Source: Rhizaria sp. SCN 62-66
Lineage: Eukaryota
Assembly: GCA_001724265.1 (NCBI GenBank)
Contig: MEDY01000001.1
Span: forward strand, 62,001-126,000
Length of the DNA: 64,000 nt
Reading direction: 5' to 3'
A program made the translations under genes and the position numbers. Below the pieces are notes generated by a model, which saw nothing but the letters and a program-made list of their open reading frames with translations, was not told the DNA's origin and made no database searches. Shown in pieces: positions 8,401-18,600 of this stretch. The first letter of the stretch is position 1; the number at the start of each line of letters is the position of its first letter.

Positions 8401-10242
8401 CGCAGCCGAAGTCGTGGTCGACGCCGACGACGCGGCCTCCTTGAGTGTGTACGCGACGAGCGATAGTAAGGGGGCGGGGACGGCGCCCAGCGCGGGGGCC
8501 TCGAGGAACTCGCGCTCAGCGTGCATCGCGGCCTGACTGGCGCCGACCGCGGGGGGCAGCTTCGCGGGCGGGAGCGGGTCACCCGCGAGCAGCAGCGCCG
8601 TGGGCTCGAACACGCCCTCGGTGAGCGTACCGGTCTTGTCGACGAAGAGGAGGTTCAGACTGCCGGCGGTTTCGATGCCGACGAGGCGGCGCACGAGCAC
8701 GTTGTCTGAGAGGAGCTTGCGCATGTTGATCGAGAGCACGATGGCGATCATCATCGGCAGGCCCTCTGGCACGGCGACGACGATGATGATGATGCCGAGC
8801 ATGAGGCACGTCACGAGGTCGTGCAGGAACACGTGCCAGTTGCTCACGTACGCAAGCATCGCCGCGGGACTCCAGTTGTTGTCGAGGATGATCTGCTTGA
8901 ACAGGAACGACACGCCGATCACCAACGCACCCAGCTGCGCCAGCGTCGCGATCAGGTCCGCTAGCGCGCCCAGCTTCTGCTGCAGAGGCTTCGGCCGCTT
9001 GACGGGCTTGGCGGACCGCGTCGACGCCTTGTTGGCAACGCGCTCAGCCTTCTTGCTGATGCGGTTGCTGTCAATGGCGCCAGCGTGGGGTGAAGAGACG
9101 CGGAGGGCGGCGACGTCGAGCGACATCGTGGTGGTGATGCCGCTGCTGTTGTTGGCAGTGCTGCGGCCGTGGCTGAGGTGCGCGCGAGAGAGAGGAATGC
9201 GCTCGTCATCAGCGGCGGCTTCGTCGGCGCCGACCTTGCCGTCGCCACCAAGTGCGCCGACCTCATCGCTCTCGGATCTGGGCTCCTCTTCGTCGTCTTC
9301 ATTGTCGTCGTCATCGTCGTCGTCGTCGCTGTCGTCGTCGCCGTCGCCGCCCGAGTCGGCCATCTCCTTGGCGAGTGCGCCGAAGATGGTGCGCACGCCG
9401 ACCGCGTCAACAAGCACAACAGCCTCGCCGTCCTCGACAACGCTGCCGCGGAAGACGCGGAACGGCGCCGTGAGGTCGGACCGCGCGGAGAGCAGTGTGT
9501 CGGCGGCGGCGACGCCCAGGGAGGCGGCGCAGGGGACGGTGGCGGCGACTGGCGCGGCCGCGGGGGCCGGGGCGAGCGGGCACACGGCGGCCGTGGACAG
9601 CGCAACATCACTATACAACCGGTGGACGGCGGCAGTGTGCGCGGGGGCCGTGAGGGGCTCGAAGGGCGTCTTCTGCAGCGGCTCCTTCTCACCCGTGAGC
9701 GACGACTGGTCGACCGAGAGCGATCCGGCGAGGACGATGGCGTCGGCAGGCACGCGGTCGCCGGCCTTTAGGATGACACGGTCGCCGACGACAAGATGCT
9801 CAAGGGACACTGGCGTGGGGACAAAAGAGCCCGAGGCGCCCGCGGGGAGCTCGGCGTAGACTGAGGAGGCCGAGGCGGAGGTCTGGGTGAGATCCTGTTG
9901 GCGCATCACGGAGCAAGTGACCTTGGAGGACTTGAGCTGGAGGTCCTGGAACGAGGCCTCATTCTTGTGTTCGGAAAAGGTCGCGACGAAGGTGGCGATG
10001 AGGATAGACATGCCGATACCGAGCCCCTCAGTCCAGCTGGCGTAGCCCAGCGCGGCAAGCGCGAACGTGACGCAGAGGGCGACGGAGAGCACTTTGATCA
10101 TCGGGTCCTCGAAGTTGTCCTTGAACTTGGACCAGAAGGACTCGACGGTCGGCGGGGGCACGGTGTTGGGGCCGAAGGTGTGCCGGCTGAAGGCCACCTG
10201 GGAGGGCGTCAGGCCCAGCACGTGGTCGAACTTGTACACCAT
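5476..10242 (-). CDS. P-type Ca2+-transporting ATPase, PMCA/P2B type, with Ala-rich insertions (1588 aa)
   Basis: Motifs GDRVPAD, DQSSLTGE, VVAVPEGLP, phosphorylation site DKTGTLT, KGAAE, MVTGD, ARALPADK, MTGDGVND, SEVAKEASDIVILDGNF, and P2B-type M5/M6 IRKFIVFQ..NV / QLLWVNLIMDTLAALA. Stop TAA. Confidence 0.95.
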   Translation of the reverse strand: MVYKFDHVLGLTPSQVAFSRHTFGPNTVPPPTVESFWSKFKDNFEDPMIKVLSVALCVTFALAALGYASWTEGLGIGMSILIATFVATFSEHKNEASFQDLQLKSSKVTCSVMRQQDLTQTSASASSVYAELPAGASGSFVPTPVSLEHLVVGDRVILKAGDRVPADAIVLAGSLSVDQSSLTGEKEPLQKTPFEPLTAPAHTAAVHRLYSDVALSTAAVCPLAPAPAAAPVAATVPCAASLGVAAADTLLSARSDLTAPFRVFRGSVVEDGEAVVLVDAVGVRTIFGALAKEMADSGGDGDDDSDDDDDDDDNEDDEEEPRSESDEVGALGGDGKVGADEAAADDERIPLSRAHLSHGRSTANNSSGITTTMSLDVAALRVSSPHAGAIDSNRISKKAERVANKASTRSAKPVKRPKPLQQKLGALADLIATLAQLGALVIGVSFLFKQIILDNNWSPAAMLAYVSNWHVFLHDLVTCLMLGIIIIVVAVPEGLPMMIAIVLSINMRKLLSDNVLVRRLVGIETAGSLNLLFVDKTGTLTEGVFEPTALLLAGDPLPPAKLPPAVGASQAAMHAEREFLEAPALGAVPAPLLSLVAYTLKEAASSASTTTSAAPAAAAAALAADVSPSLALRNAPPVTIIGGNATDRALLRFLHPGANAPVVTSSQAAAAASAMHSAQRVSAQSHMVDEVLFNSTRKFSSVRVALPLAARIALTGGAAAAASSSAATVATYAGPDSAEHDFAPYFAPGLSAGAAQCHVDLVKGAAERVLAQCTHIYAPAVASSGGSSGGVARVILSAAARARLVARIDALSSAGARVIAIATARPAPAAAASSRDAAAAGATGRDALPERLTLLCALALADRPRPTTASAIATAHRAGVQVVMVTGDRVETAVSIAKQVGIMAPVMAQPTISAAASAAEYSFPAFAEEWLRSNAVAAATAASTAAAAITAPLPLNAPPASYGSSATTASSSAAAAAMLPGFASPGGALLNPASAGGSGALGSPFAAGSTDRPLLLAWLRSLNLWAPVVLTSHQLSLLTDAELATLLPRLRVVARALPADKARLVTVAQNMQLAPTPNAHPVYRPQRSSGATSRGAALELALSAAYVVGMTGDGVNDAAALKRADVSFAIDSSGAQATADAAGKRRSASASASASAAAGSSKSGVVAWLRGVLPRSVARVLLPNAPPSSSPSSGGDHTSGMGRVAARRAGADGGYAVTAVTEGDDGVETPASGGAASPSAEESAPPAPGGGSEVAKEASDIVILDGNFGSILSAVLYGRTIFNSIRKFIVFQCTMNVATTIIVLLGPFIGVDFPLTLVQLLWVNLIMDTLAALAFGAEPAVRAYLTQAPVPRSMPIVSPLMFRSLLINGLYIALSSMFFLSSGLAKSFFVANSLNLDISGASASTAAADATATSAATSSASTSGDELVFLTAFFAYFVFVCTINGLNVRHYNSAFTVAATPDGRATIGGSNATHNTTFFVIMLLIMTVQILFTHLPWAQPILRTASLTLAQWLVIFAAALLVLPFDMIRKTFGERSNRARVGAPIAEDEELWSNSVFARAGRAARDAARKAWAAATKSCRRGAALASH

Positions 10243-11369
10243 CGTGCGCTCGAGCGATCACGCAGAGGAGAGGGCTGGAACGGTGCGCGACTGCGAACTA
10301 AAAAGCGAAATAGCTCGATGAATGGAGAGTTAAGCAAGAGCCCAAGTCACCAGTTAACCAGCTTGATGAAACGAGACGCCCTAGGTGCTAGAGAGTCCGC
10401 TGAATGCAAACGAGGTGCGAAGCGCAAGGAAGGTCCGAGTACGTTGCGCAAAAAAGCGCGTAGTGTTACGAGATGAGGCGTGTACATAAAACAAAAATAA
10501 GTAAGATATGATTTTCAAGATATCATCTGCGGTGGCGCTGTCGGAATCGCTATTTGAACGTCTGTTATGGCAATCCACGCCGTGAAGATAAGAGACGAAT
10601 GGCTGACGTGGTCCGACGACGACTGGGTTGAAGGCCTCTACGCCAAGAGCGAGCGTTAGATTGTACTTAGGTGTAAAGGTCGACTAGAATGTGGATGCCG
10701 TTTGGATATATGGGGTGCGTATGTGCTTAGTTTTCGTCTCTATCATTTAACTGTCATATAGTATCATTGTGACTCTGTGGCCCTTCTTGTCGACTCGGCG
10801 GACGCTTGACTGATGGGCTTCCTCAAAGTGCGCTCATCACGTAATTCAAGGTGAAATGGCGGTCATAAGGCGAGCCATCGATGTATGTTTAAAGATGCGA
10901 CTTTTTGTGTCTAAAAATCCTGGGTAACATCTGTGGGCGGCATGATCTTCATGTGCTTGACGTATCCCTCCTCGGAGACGTTGTGCGAGTCACAATCAGT
11001 CACCGCGCAGAGAGTTTAGAGCCGGTTATGGCTCTAAATGTGGAGCTTAGAATGCATGAGTCCACCCCAATACATGATATCAAGCCACGTGACATATGTT
11101 GCACTTTAATAAACGCATGCCACCGTTATGCTCGGGAACACAGTATTACCTTGCGTTTATCGGTTGATTGCTTTGAAGCACAAACCCTCCGCAGCTGACG
11201 CGAAATCGCCATGACTATCACAACATAACGTTTTCACGACGTTTAATTTAACGCGGCGCCGTATCTTGTGAATATGTATTTATAATTGAGTATAAAAATT
11301 CTGTAGACGGACATCGCATCGCGTACCAGTCGTAAACTCACCAAACTGCTATGCTGTTGCTCGCCGCAG

Positions 11370-12555
11370 ATGCGTGCCGCCAAGTCCCTCCTGCGTCAGC
11401 CCGTGCTCCGCACGGCGTCTTCCTCGCTCTTCGCATCCGTGACCGCCCCTGTGGCGCGCATGTCGTCCTCGGCCTCGCTCCTGGGCAAGTCCCTGCTCGG
11501 CGCGCGCGTCGCCACCGCAGCCGCCGTCCCCCGCACTGCTGTTTCTGCTGCCTCTACTGCAACGGGCGCCTCTGCTGTTGCTGTGACGAGCGTGCCCAAG
11601 CGCGGCGCGCTCTTCACCAAGTCCGTGGCGACCCCCGAGGCGCAGAAGGCTGTGGGACTGCCCCCTGTGGGCGCGGCCGCCGCGCTCAAGGCCTCCAACG
11701 CCGACTGGGAGCTTGTTTACGAGGGCAACATTGCGAAGCCCCTCACCCAGCTTAAAATGGTACGTAACGCTGTATAAATGCGCCCAGTTGGAATTAAACG
11801 CGGCATTCACGAGTCATGTGTTTGAATTTACGTATCATTTTTATTTTCATCTCATATGCCTTTCTCTACGTTCATTACACTCATATAATCCCTCTTTTAC
11901 TCACACACATCGCGCACTCAACTCTACTTGACTCGGCTGTCCCTCCTAGCTTTCTGCGGGCTCTCTGTTCCTGGCGCTGCTGAGCGCGCCCGTGATCGTG
12001 ACCTTCGACACCGACGCCATCGACGCCACTGGCCGCGCGCTGCTCGCCGCCGTGACGCTGACGATGGGCGTTGGCACCACGATCATGACGAACTTCATCG
12101 CCACGCCCTACGTCTGCCGGCTCTTCGTCTCGACCAAGGATCCCTACATCGTCGAACTCGTCACGGCGTCCTTTACGGGACAGATGCAGTCGTTCCGCAT
12201 GAACGTCACCGAGCGGCTTAACTACGAGCTGCTGCGCCCGCTCGTCACCTTCCAGCACGCCGCGTCAAAGCGGTACTTTTACGTCCAGGAGGAGTTTTGC
12301 ACCCACCCCGTGTTCGGACCTCTGCTGCCGCATTTGTTCGAGGAAGTCCCCGCTGATGCTGCCGCGGCCTCTGCCTCTGCTGCTTTGACTGCGGCTGCTG
12401 CAGCTACTACTGCTGATGACCCGATTGCGGCGGCGACTGCGGGCGCCAGTGGGCCTGTTAATGCAGCGCCTGTTTCTGCTGCTGCTGCGCCAGCCGCTAC
12501 TGCTGCTGCTGAGGCTGCGCCGGCTGCTGCTGCGGAGATTCAGCAGAAGCAGTGA
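11370..12555 (+). CDS. TMEM70: TMEM70-family mitochondrial ATP synthase assembly factor; two exons 11370-11759 and 11950-12555 (~331 aa)
   Basis: R/S/A-rich presequence-like N-terminus. The spliced product LVYEGNIAKPLTQLKM|LSAGSLFLALL..TTIMTNFIATPYVCRLF..RPLVTF resembles TMEM70 (LIYTGNMARAVFGVKCFS..LLHFITKGYVIRLY..FTTF). Two hydrophobic segments; splicing joins ORFs 11370 and 11992 in frame; stop TGA. Confidence 0.8.
11760..11949 (+). other. Spliceosomal intron (190 nt) in TMEM70
   Basis: GTACGT donor at 11760, AT-rich body, TTGAC branch-like motif near 11928, pyrimidine-rich end CCCTCCTAG at 11949; removal restores the reading frame. Confidence 0.85.
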
Positions 12556-13241
12556 CTGGGTGGGCTCATGAGTGAGATAGCATTATATTTAAGTTCACAT
12601 AATCGTTGAAAGATGCACACACCTGGACGGTTTTATATTAGATTATGTTTATTATTATTGTAGAGCTACAATTTAAGTACATTCGGTAACTGTAGAAGTT
12701 TGTAATCCCACCTGGTCAGGAGTACCCGTGCGGTCCCCGTGCCTATCGAGCCAATGGCCGCAAACAAAGCTCTCAAAACTTTCGACGCGTGGAGTGGAGT
12801 AAATTTCCGCGATACAAAACTGGAATAGGGTTCATCAAACGCTCACTGTTTCAGTAAATATGACGCAGTATGTGACCAGGTATACGTATGGTATCTTTGC
12901 CTTACCATGGTTAGTGGGTTGGTTTTATTTCTTTGTTACTTGTACGTACATGTCCGAGCTGGGAAACAAATAAAGCCCGCGTTAATGTAATTTAAGTTGT
13001 TTAACTGTATTAATAGAATAAAACCTAAGTAGAACATGTTAAGTAAGATAAGTGCGCGGATATCAGCCATACACTCGAATCAGTCTCCAAGACTTGTGCT
13101 TCGTAGCAGCGGCGACACTAGAATGGCCACAACCCCGCTCTGCAGATCATGTCTACCACTATGTAGACACCGCACACCGCACACTGGCCTCACCACACCA
13201 CGTTGACCGACATGTAGCGACTCGGCTACGTGATTTCGAGC

Positions 13242-13380
13242 TCAACCGTAAAGGTTGACTGACGGCGAACCCAGGCCAGCGGCGCGCGCGCGCAGTCGCG
13301 CCTGGCGCAGCTGCTCTGGCGTCAGCTCAACCTCCGCCTCCGCCTCGTCCTCGCTCTCGTTGTCATTGCTGTCAGCAACA

Positions 13381-13411
<31 letters not shown>

Positions 13412-14396
13412 GGGCAGGGGCAGGGGCAGGGGCAGGTGGAGCCTCAGAGACAGCAGCGGCAGTGACGCCGAACTGCTGCCGTTCGAGCTCCTCTTGCGCG
13501 CGCAGCCGCTCGAGCTGGACGCGGCGGCGCGCGGCGATCTCTAAGTTACGCCGCACGACCTCCGGGTCAGCGTTCGGCACCATCACCTCGGCAGCAACGC
13601 CGGCGCCAGCGACCGCGCCCGCCGCAGCAGCAGCAGGGGCGACAAGACCAGCACCAGCGCCAGCAGCGATGGCAGCCGGGGCAGGGCGGTTCGCGGGCAG
13701 CGGCGGCGCGAGGCCGCGCGCGGCGGCGAAGAGCCTCGCCTCCTCCGCCGTGGGCGGCGATGACAGACAGAGGTAGTAGAACCACCGTGGCGTGGCCAGG
13801 ACGCGACGGCGGTCGGCGCGGAGCAGCGGCGCGACAAACTCGAGGTAATAGTACACGTGCCCCACGAGGAGCCCGGTGAGGTCGGCGGCGACGTCGGAGC
13901 CGGAGAGGAAGGAGAAGGCGAGCAGCACCCACGGCAGGTAGGGCGCACGGAAGCGAAATAAGCCGAACATGGGCGCCATCGGCAGCTCGGGGTTGCGCCG
14001 CGCCCACACGTACGTCACCATGAAGCCCAGCGAGGTGGACATGATCATGAGGCGGAAGACGGTGGCCACGGCCGTCAGCGCGGCAGCGCCCAAGGTGAGC
14101 ATCCAGAGGTACTCGACGGAGCGGTTGAGGAAGCAGCGCTCCTCGAGGTCGCGCGAGTAGCGCATAAACATGAACAGGTGGAGCGCAAAGTCGAGCGTAA
14201 GCGAGGTCCCGAGGAAGAAGAAGTGGGAGACGAGACGCCAGACCTGGCCCGAGAGGATGAGCGGGAGCGAGTAGTAGATTGACATCGGCGAGAGCAGACT
14301 CGACGCGCACAGCACCGTCAGAGCCACCACGCCCGCTAAGTAGGCTGCCGTCACAGGCGGAATGCTGTTGCCACCCTCGCCTGGGAAGTCAAACAT
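13242..14396 (-). CDS. Derlin (Der1-like ERAD rhomboid pseudoprotease) with extended C-terminal tail (384 aa)
   Basis: IPPVT, GQVWRLVSHFFFLG, YSRDLEE, YVWARRNP, FRAPYLPWVLL, DLTGLLVGHVYYYLE. Stop TGA. Confidence 0.95.
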
Positions 14397-15676
14397 CCGG
14401 AAGTGGGACTGGTCGCAGCGATGGAGTGGGGGAGCGAAGATGATAGAAGAGTGATTGATGTGTGAGAAATTGGTTGTGGTCGGCAGTTTCAGACTGAGAT
14501 TTCGTCATGATATTACTTGTCTAAGACAAGCCATAGTGTCCGCACGACATGATATCTAACAGGTAATATGATCAAAGAAGACGTATGTACTAAGTCAACT
14601 ATCTTATATCCCAGAGGCTGAATGATGATAGCTTGGAGGAATCGAGACGCTGGCAACGTGGGTGTGTAAAGACACCTGGATCTTGGTCATATCAATGTCA
14701 GTTGATTGTGTAATTTCATTTCAATAACAAAAACCATGCAAAAACCGTAGATCTTGTGCAGCACCTGTATACACGGACAGGGGGGTGTAAGCATGAGTGA
14801 TTTTTATCCTCTACATCATCGTCAGCAAGAGCCATCTCGGTCGACTGGGCCGAAAAAAATAAAGCATTTCGTATCAGCGACTATAAGCGCATGGATACTC
14901 ACAAAAATGAGCTATACATCGCACAACACAACAAATAGTATCAGACTAACAATTACATATGCTTTATTGGTTGTGAATTCTGAATCGAAGGAACTTTCAC
15001 GTTCGACACCCGCCATCACTGCGACGTCGCACAATTACAATGATATCTCAACTAAATCTAAATATTTGCGAATCAATTTTAAATATTATGTCTCTCCATA
15101 ATAACTATACTTGATTTCTGCGGTTCTATTGGTTTTCATCTGATCTTCCTATTTTCTAACAGTTCATATTTTCGATGAGCTGTTCAAGTACTCAATAAAA
15201 ATGATCCTCAAAAGGCTTTTGCATAATGTTCGACATAAAGTAGCATGAGTAGTCAGCTCACGAAAATATCGAACGCGGTTCTGCCTTAAAGGGGTCACAC
15301 GTAATATGTGGATCACGTTTCAGAACGAGAAATCATCTAACATCGGCGTTTACGCAGTGTTTCAAGTCACAATCGAACACACAAACTCAACGTGCCACAA
15401 AGCGCAGAGAGCATAGACGGCCTGTCCATGTCTAATTGTGGGATTAAACGATGTTTGTATGTTTGCAACATCAACATCAATGACATCTACGTTGCGTGAG
15501 CGCTTTGGTAACACTTGCTTACTTGTTAGGACACGAAAAGACAGCGGTTCGTCATTCAATTGACTTTGTATTGAAGGCCAAGCTACATGTGACTTGGAAT
15601 ACATAAACTTATTTAATAAATAGTTAGGAGACAGTTAAAAACTCGAAATCATTGGTTTGCTTGTGCATCTCGCACA

Positions 15677-18600
15677 TTACATATTCCGATCAACTTCCAC
15701 AGACAAAGCCTCAGCGTTAACAGCAGCAACAGCAGCAGCAGAAGCAGCAGCAGCAGCATCATCAACGACAGTCTCATCAACAGCAGCGACAGCCTCCTCG
15801 TCAGCGTTGTCAGCGTCCGTGTACGTGACAGCCTCCTGCCGCGCATCCACCGCCGTGCTAGCGAGCAAGTAATCGACAAAGACCTTGACGTGGACCGCCT
15901 GCACCGGCGTCAGCGCACTGCCCGCGCGCACGCCGTCGCCGTACACGCGCGCTACGAGCGCGTCCCTGCGCGCCGCCGCCGCGTCGCTCGCGCAGTGCTG
16001 CTGCAGCGCGCGCCGCTCGCCCACTACACTCGCACCCACAGACCCGTTTGCGTTGGCGACGGCGGCCGCGGTTTCGAGTCCGGCGAGCCCGCAGCGGCGA
16101 AGACGGGCGAAAGACAGCGCGCTGGCGCCCGCAGCGGTCGCCACGGTCTCCGGTGCGTCGCGCGGGAACACAAGCGAACGCAGAAGCATGTGTGCCCACG
16201 TCACCACCGCGTCCTCGCGCCAGTCGTTGCCGCCAGCTTCACCGCCGCCAGCGGCCACAAGAGCCGTGTTGAGGGCAACGGCTTCTTGCAAGCACTGGCG
16301 ACGCAGCGTGGTCTCGAGCTCGCAGCGCGCCTCGCTGCCCGGTGCCGAGGCAGCCGCGGCCGCAGAGACGCGCGCCACCGCAGCGGGGTCCTCCAGCGAG
16401 CTCAACCGCGTCGAGATCGCGTTTTGCGCCGAGAACGCGGGGAGTGACAAAAGCAGTGCTTCGAGGGGGTCGCCGTCGCGCAGCGGCAGCGCGCCAGCGT
16501 GGGCCGCGGCGAGCGCGGCGGCCGTCGCGGGCGAGTTGGCACGCGCAAACGCCTGCAGCAGCACCGCCGCGGGCGCCACAGGCACTGCCGACTCCACAGC
16601 ACTGCCAGTGCCAGCGCCAGATACAGCGTCCGTATCAGACGCGACAGCGAACGCGGAGCGCGCAAAGAGTTCGAAGGCTTGGCGTCCGAGCGCGGCGGCG
16701 CCAGTCAGCGGCTGCAGACCCCCGGTCTCGGCCTCGCGCGCGCACTGCTGCGCCAGCGCCATCACCGTGGAGAGCTGCATCTGCGTGGCGCGCGCCGCGG
16801 CGGCGCGGCCGAGGGGCCCGGTCGCAGCGGCGACGGCGGCGACTGCGGACGCCATGGCCGAGTCGCGCGCGGTCACGGATACGGCCGCGGCGGCGGCGTG
16901 GGCCGCGGGGCGCAGCGCGGCGGCGTCGGCGGCGGCCACCACGGCGTCCTCGTGAGCAATGAGCGCCGCGGTGACGGTGCGGAGCTCGCGCGCGCCGGCG
17001 CCCGCGGTGAGGCACAAGCGCACCACGAGCGCCGCGGCGGACGTGCCCACGCTCACGGGGGGCGTGTTTTCATTACCAAAAGCGGTGCCAGCGCCAGATG
17101 CGGCGGGAGCAGTCGAGGGCAGCGGGAGCGCACCGGGGACGGGCGCGGACAGGAGCGAGCGCGCGGTGCGCACCCACTGGTCGGCCGCGCCCAGCGCCAG
17201 CGGCGACGCGGCTGCCGCGAGGGCAGCGCGTGCAGCCGCTTCGGCCTCGAGCGACGCCAGGTAGTGCTTGTGCGCGGCCGCAACGTCCGCCAGCGCGGCG
17301 TTGATCAGCGCGTTCCCGCGCAGGTCCGCGCGGAAGCTGCAGTGCAGCACTGGGACCGAGCCAGAGCCGCCGCTGCCGCCAGCGCCCGCACCGATGGGTG
17401 CGGTCAACAGGCCGGCAAATGCGAGCCCCGGCGGTGCGCGCGCGGCCTGCGCGGCCGAGAGCGCCCGGGCGCGCGCGCGGTCATCCGCGGCGTCGGCGTC
17501 GGCTTCCTCAGCGAAGCGACTGGCGCCGCGGTAGACGTCGAGCTGCTCGACGAGCGGCCTGTCGCCGTCAACGCGCTGCGGCCGCGGGCGGTGCTGGTGC
17601 AGCGCGAAGCCCTTGCGCATGCCCGGGTGGCCCGTGGCCGCCAGAGACGAGTCCGCCAGCTCGGCCCCGGTCGGCGCGGCGCGGCGGGCTGCAGCTGAGA
17701 TGGCCGCGAACGAGGCCGGGTCCGAGGTCGCGTTGCGGGTGAGGGTTTCGACCAGCTGCTCTTGCCGTTCGCGCTTGCGCAACAGCGCCTCGGCGTGCTC
17801 CGTCGCCGCGTCGGCCGCGACGCGGAAGGACGACGGGCCCGCCGCGCCCCAGACCGGGGCTGGCATCAGCGGCTGCACGTAGTCCATGCCCAGCGACACG
17901 CCGGACGCCGCACCGGCGCCGGCACCACCGGGAACGCCAGTCACAGCCGCAGCCGCGGTCGTGGACACGCTGTCGGTGTCGTAGCGCGCGGCTTCGAGCG
18001 TGGGAAGAAAGTCGCGCAGCGCGGAGGCAACGGCGGACACGGCCGCGGCGCCGTCGCCCGCGACGTCGCTCGCACCTAGCACGCTCTCAGCCACAACAGC
18101 AGGGACAACAGACACAGCGCCCCCTACAGCACCGGCGGCGTTGTCAGACTCGCTACTCCCGGTGCCCGCAGCCGAGTCAGACGCGGCGGCGTCGCTGAGT
18201 TGGCTGAAGATCTGCGCCGCGCGGAGGTACGCCGAGACCGTGAGGGCGGGCATCCACGCCGCGACGGCCGCGCTCAGCCCGTGCGCGGCCGCGAGCGCTT
18301 GCACACGGTGCACTGCGGGCACGTCGCCGGCGCGCGCAAAGACCATCGCGAGCGCGACGAAGAGAGACGGCGACAGCGAAGCCGCGCGCTGCCCGCCCGT
18401 CCCCGCCGCCATTGCTGCAGTGCCCGCGGCGGCGCCCGCGGCGGCCGCGGCGGGCAGCGGGGCAAGCGCGAAGAGCGCCTGGATCACCACGGTCGCGCGC
18501 AACGCCGACAGCGCTGCCGAGGGCGCAGGCGCCGTGGCGGCGGTGCGGCGCGCGACGGCGTCGAGGCTCGTCACGGGGCCGCCGTGTGCGGGCAGGTCGC

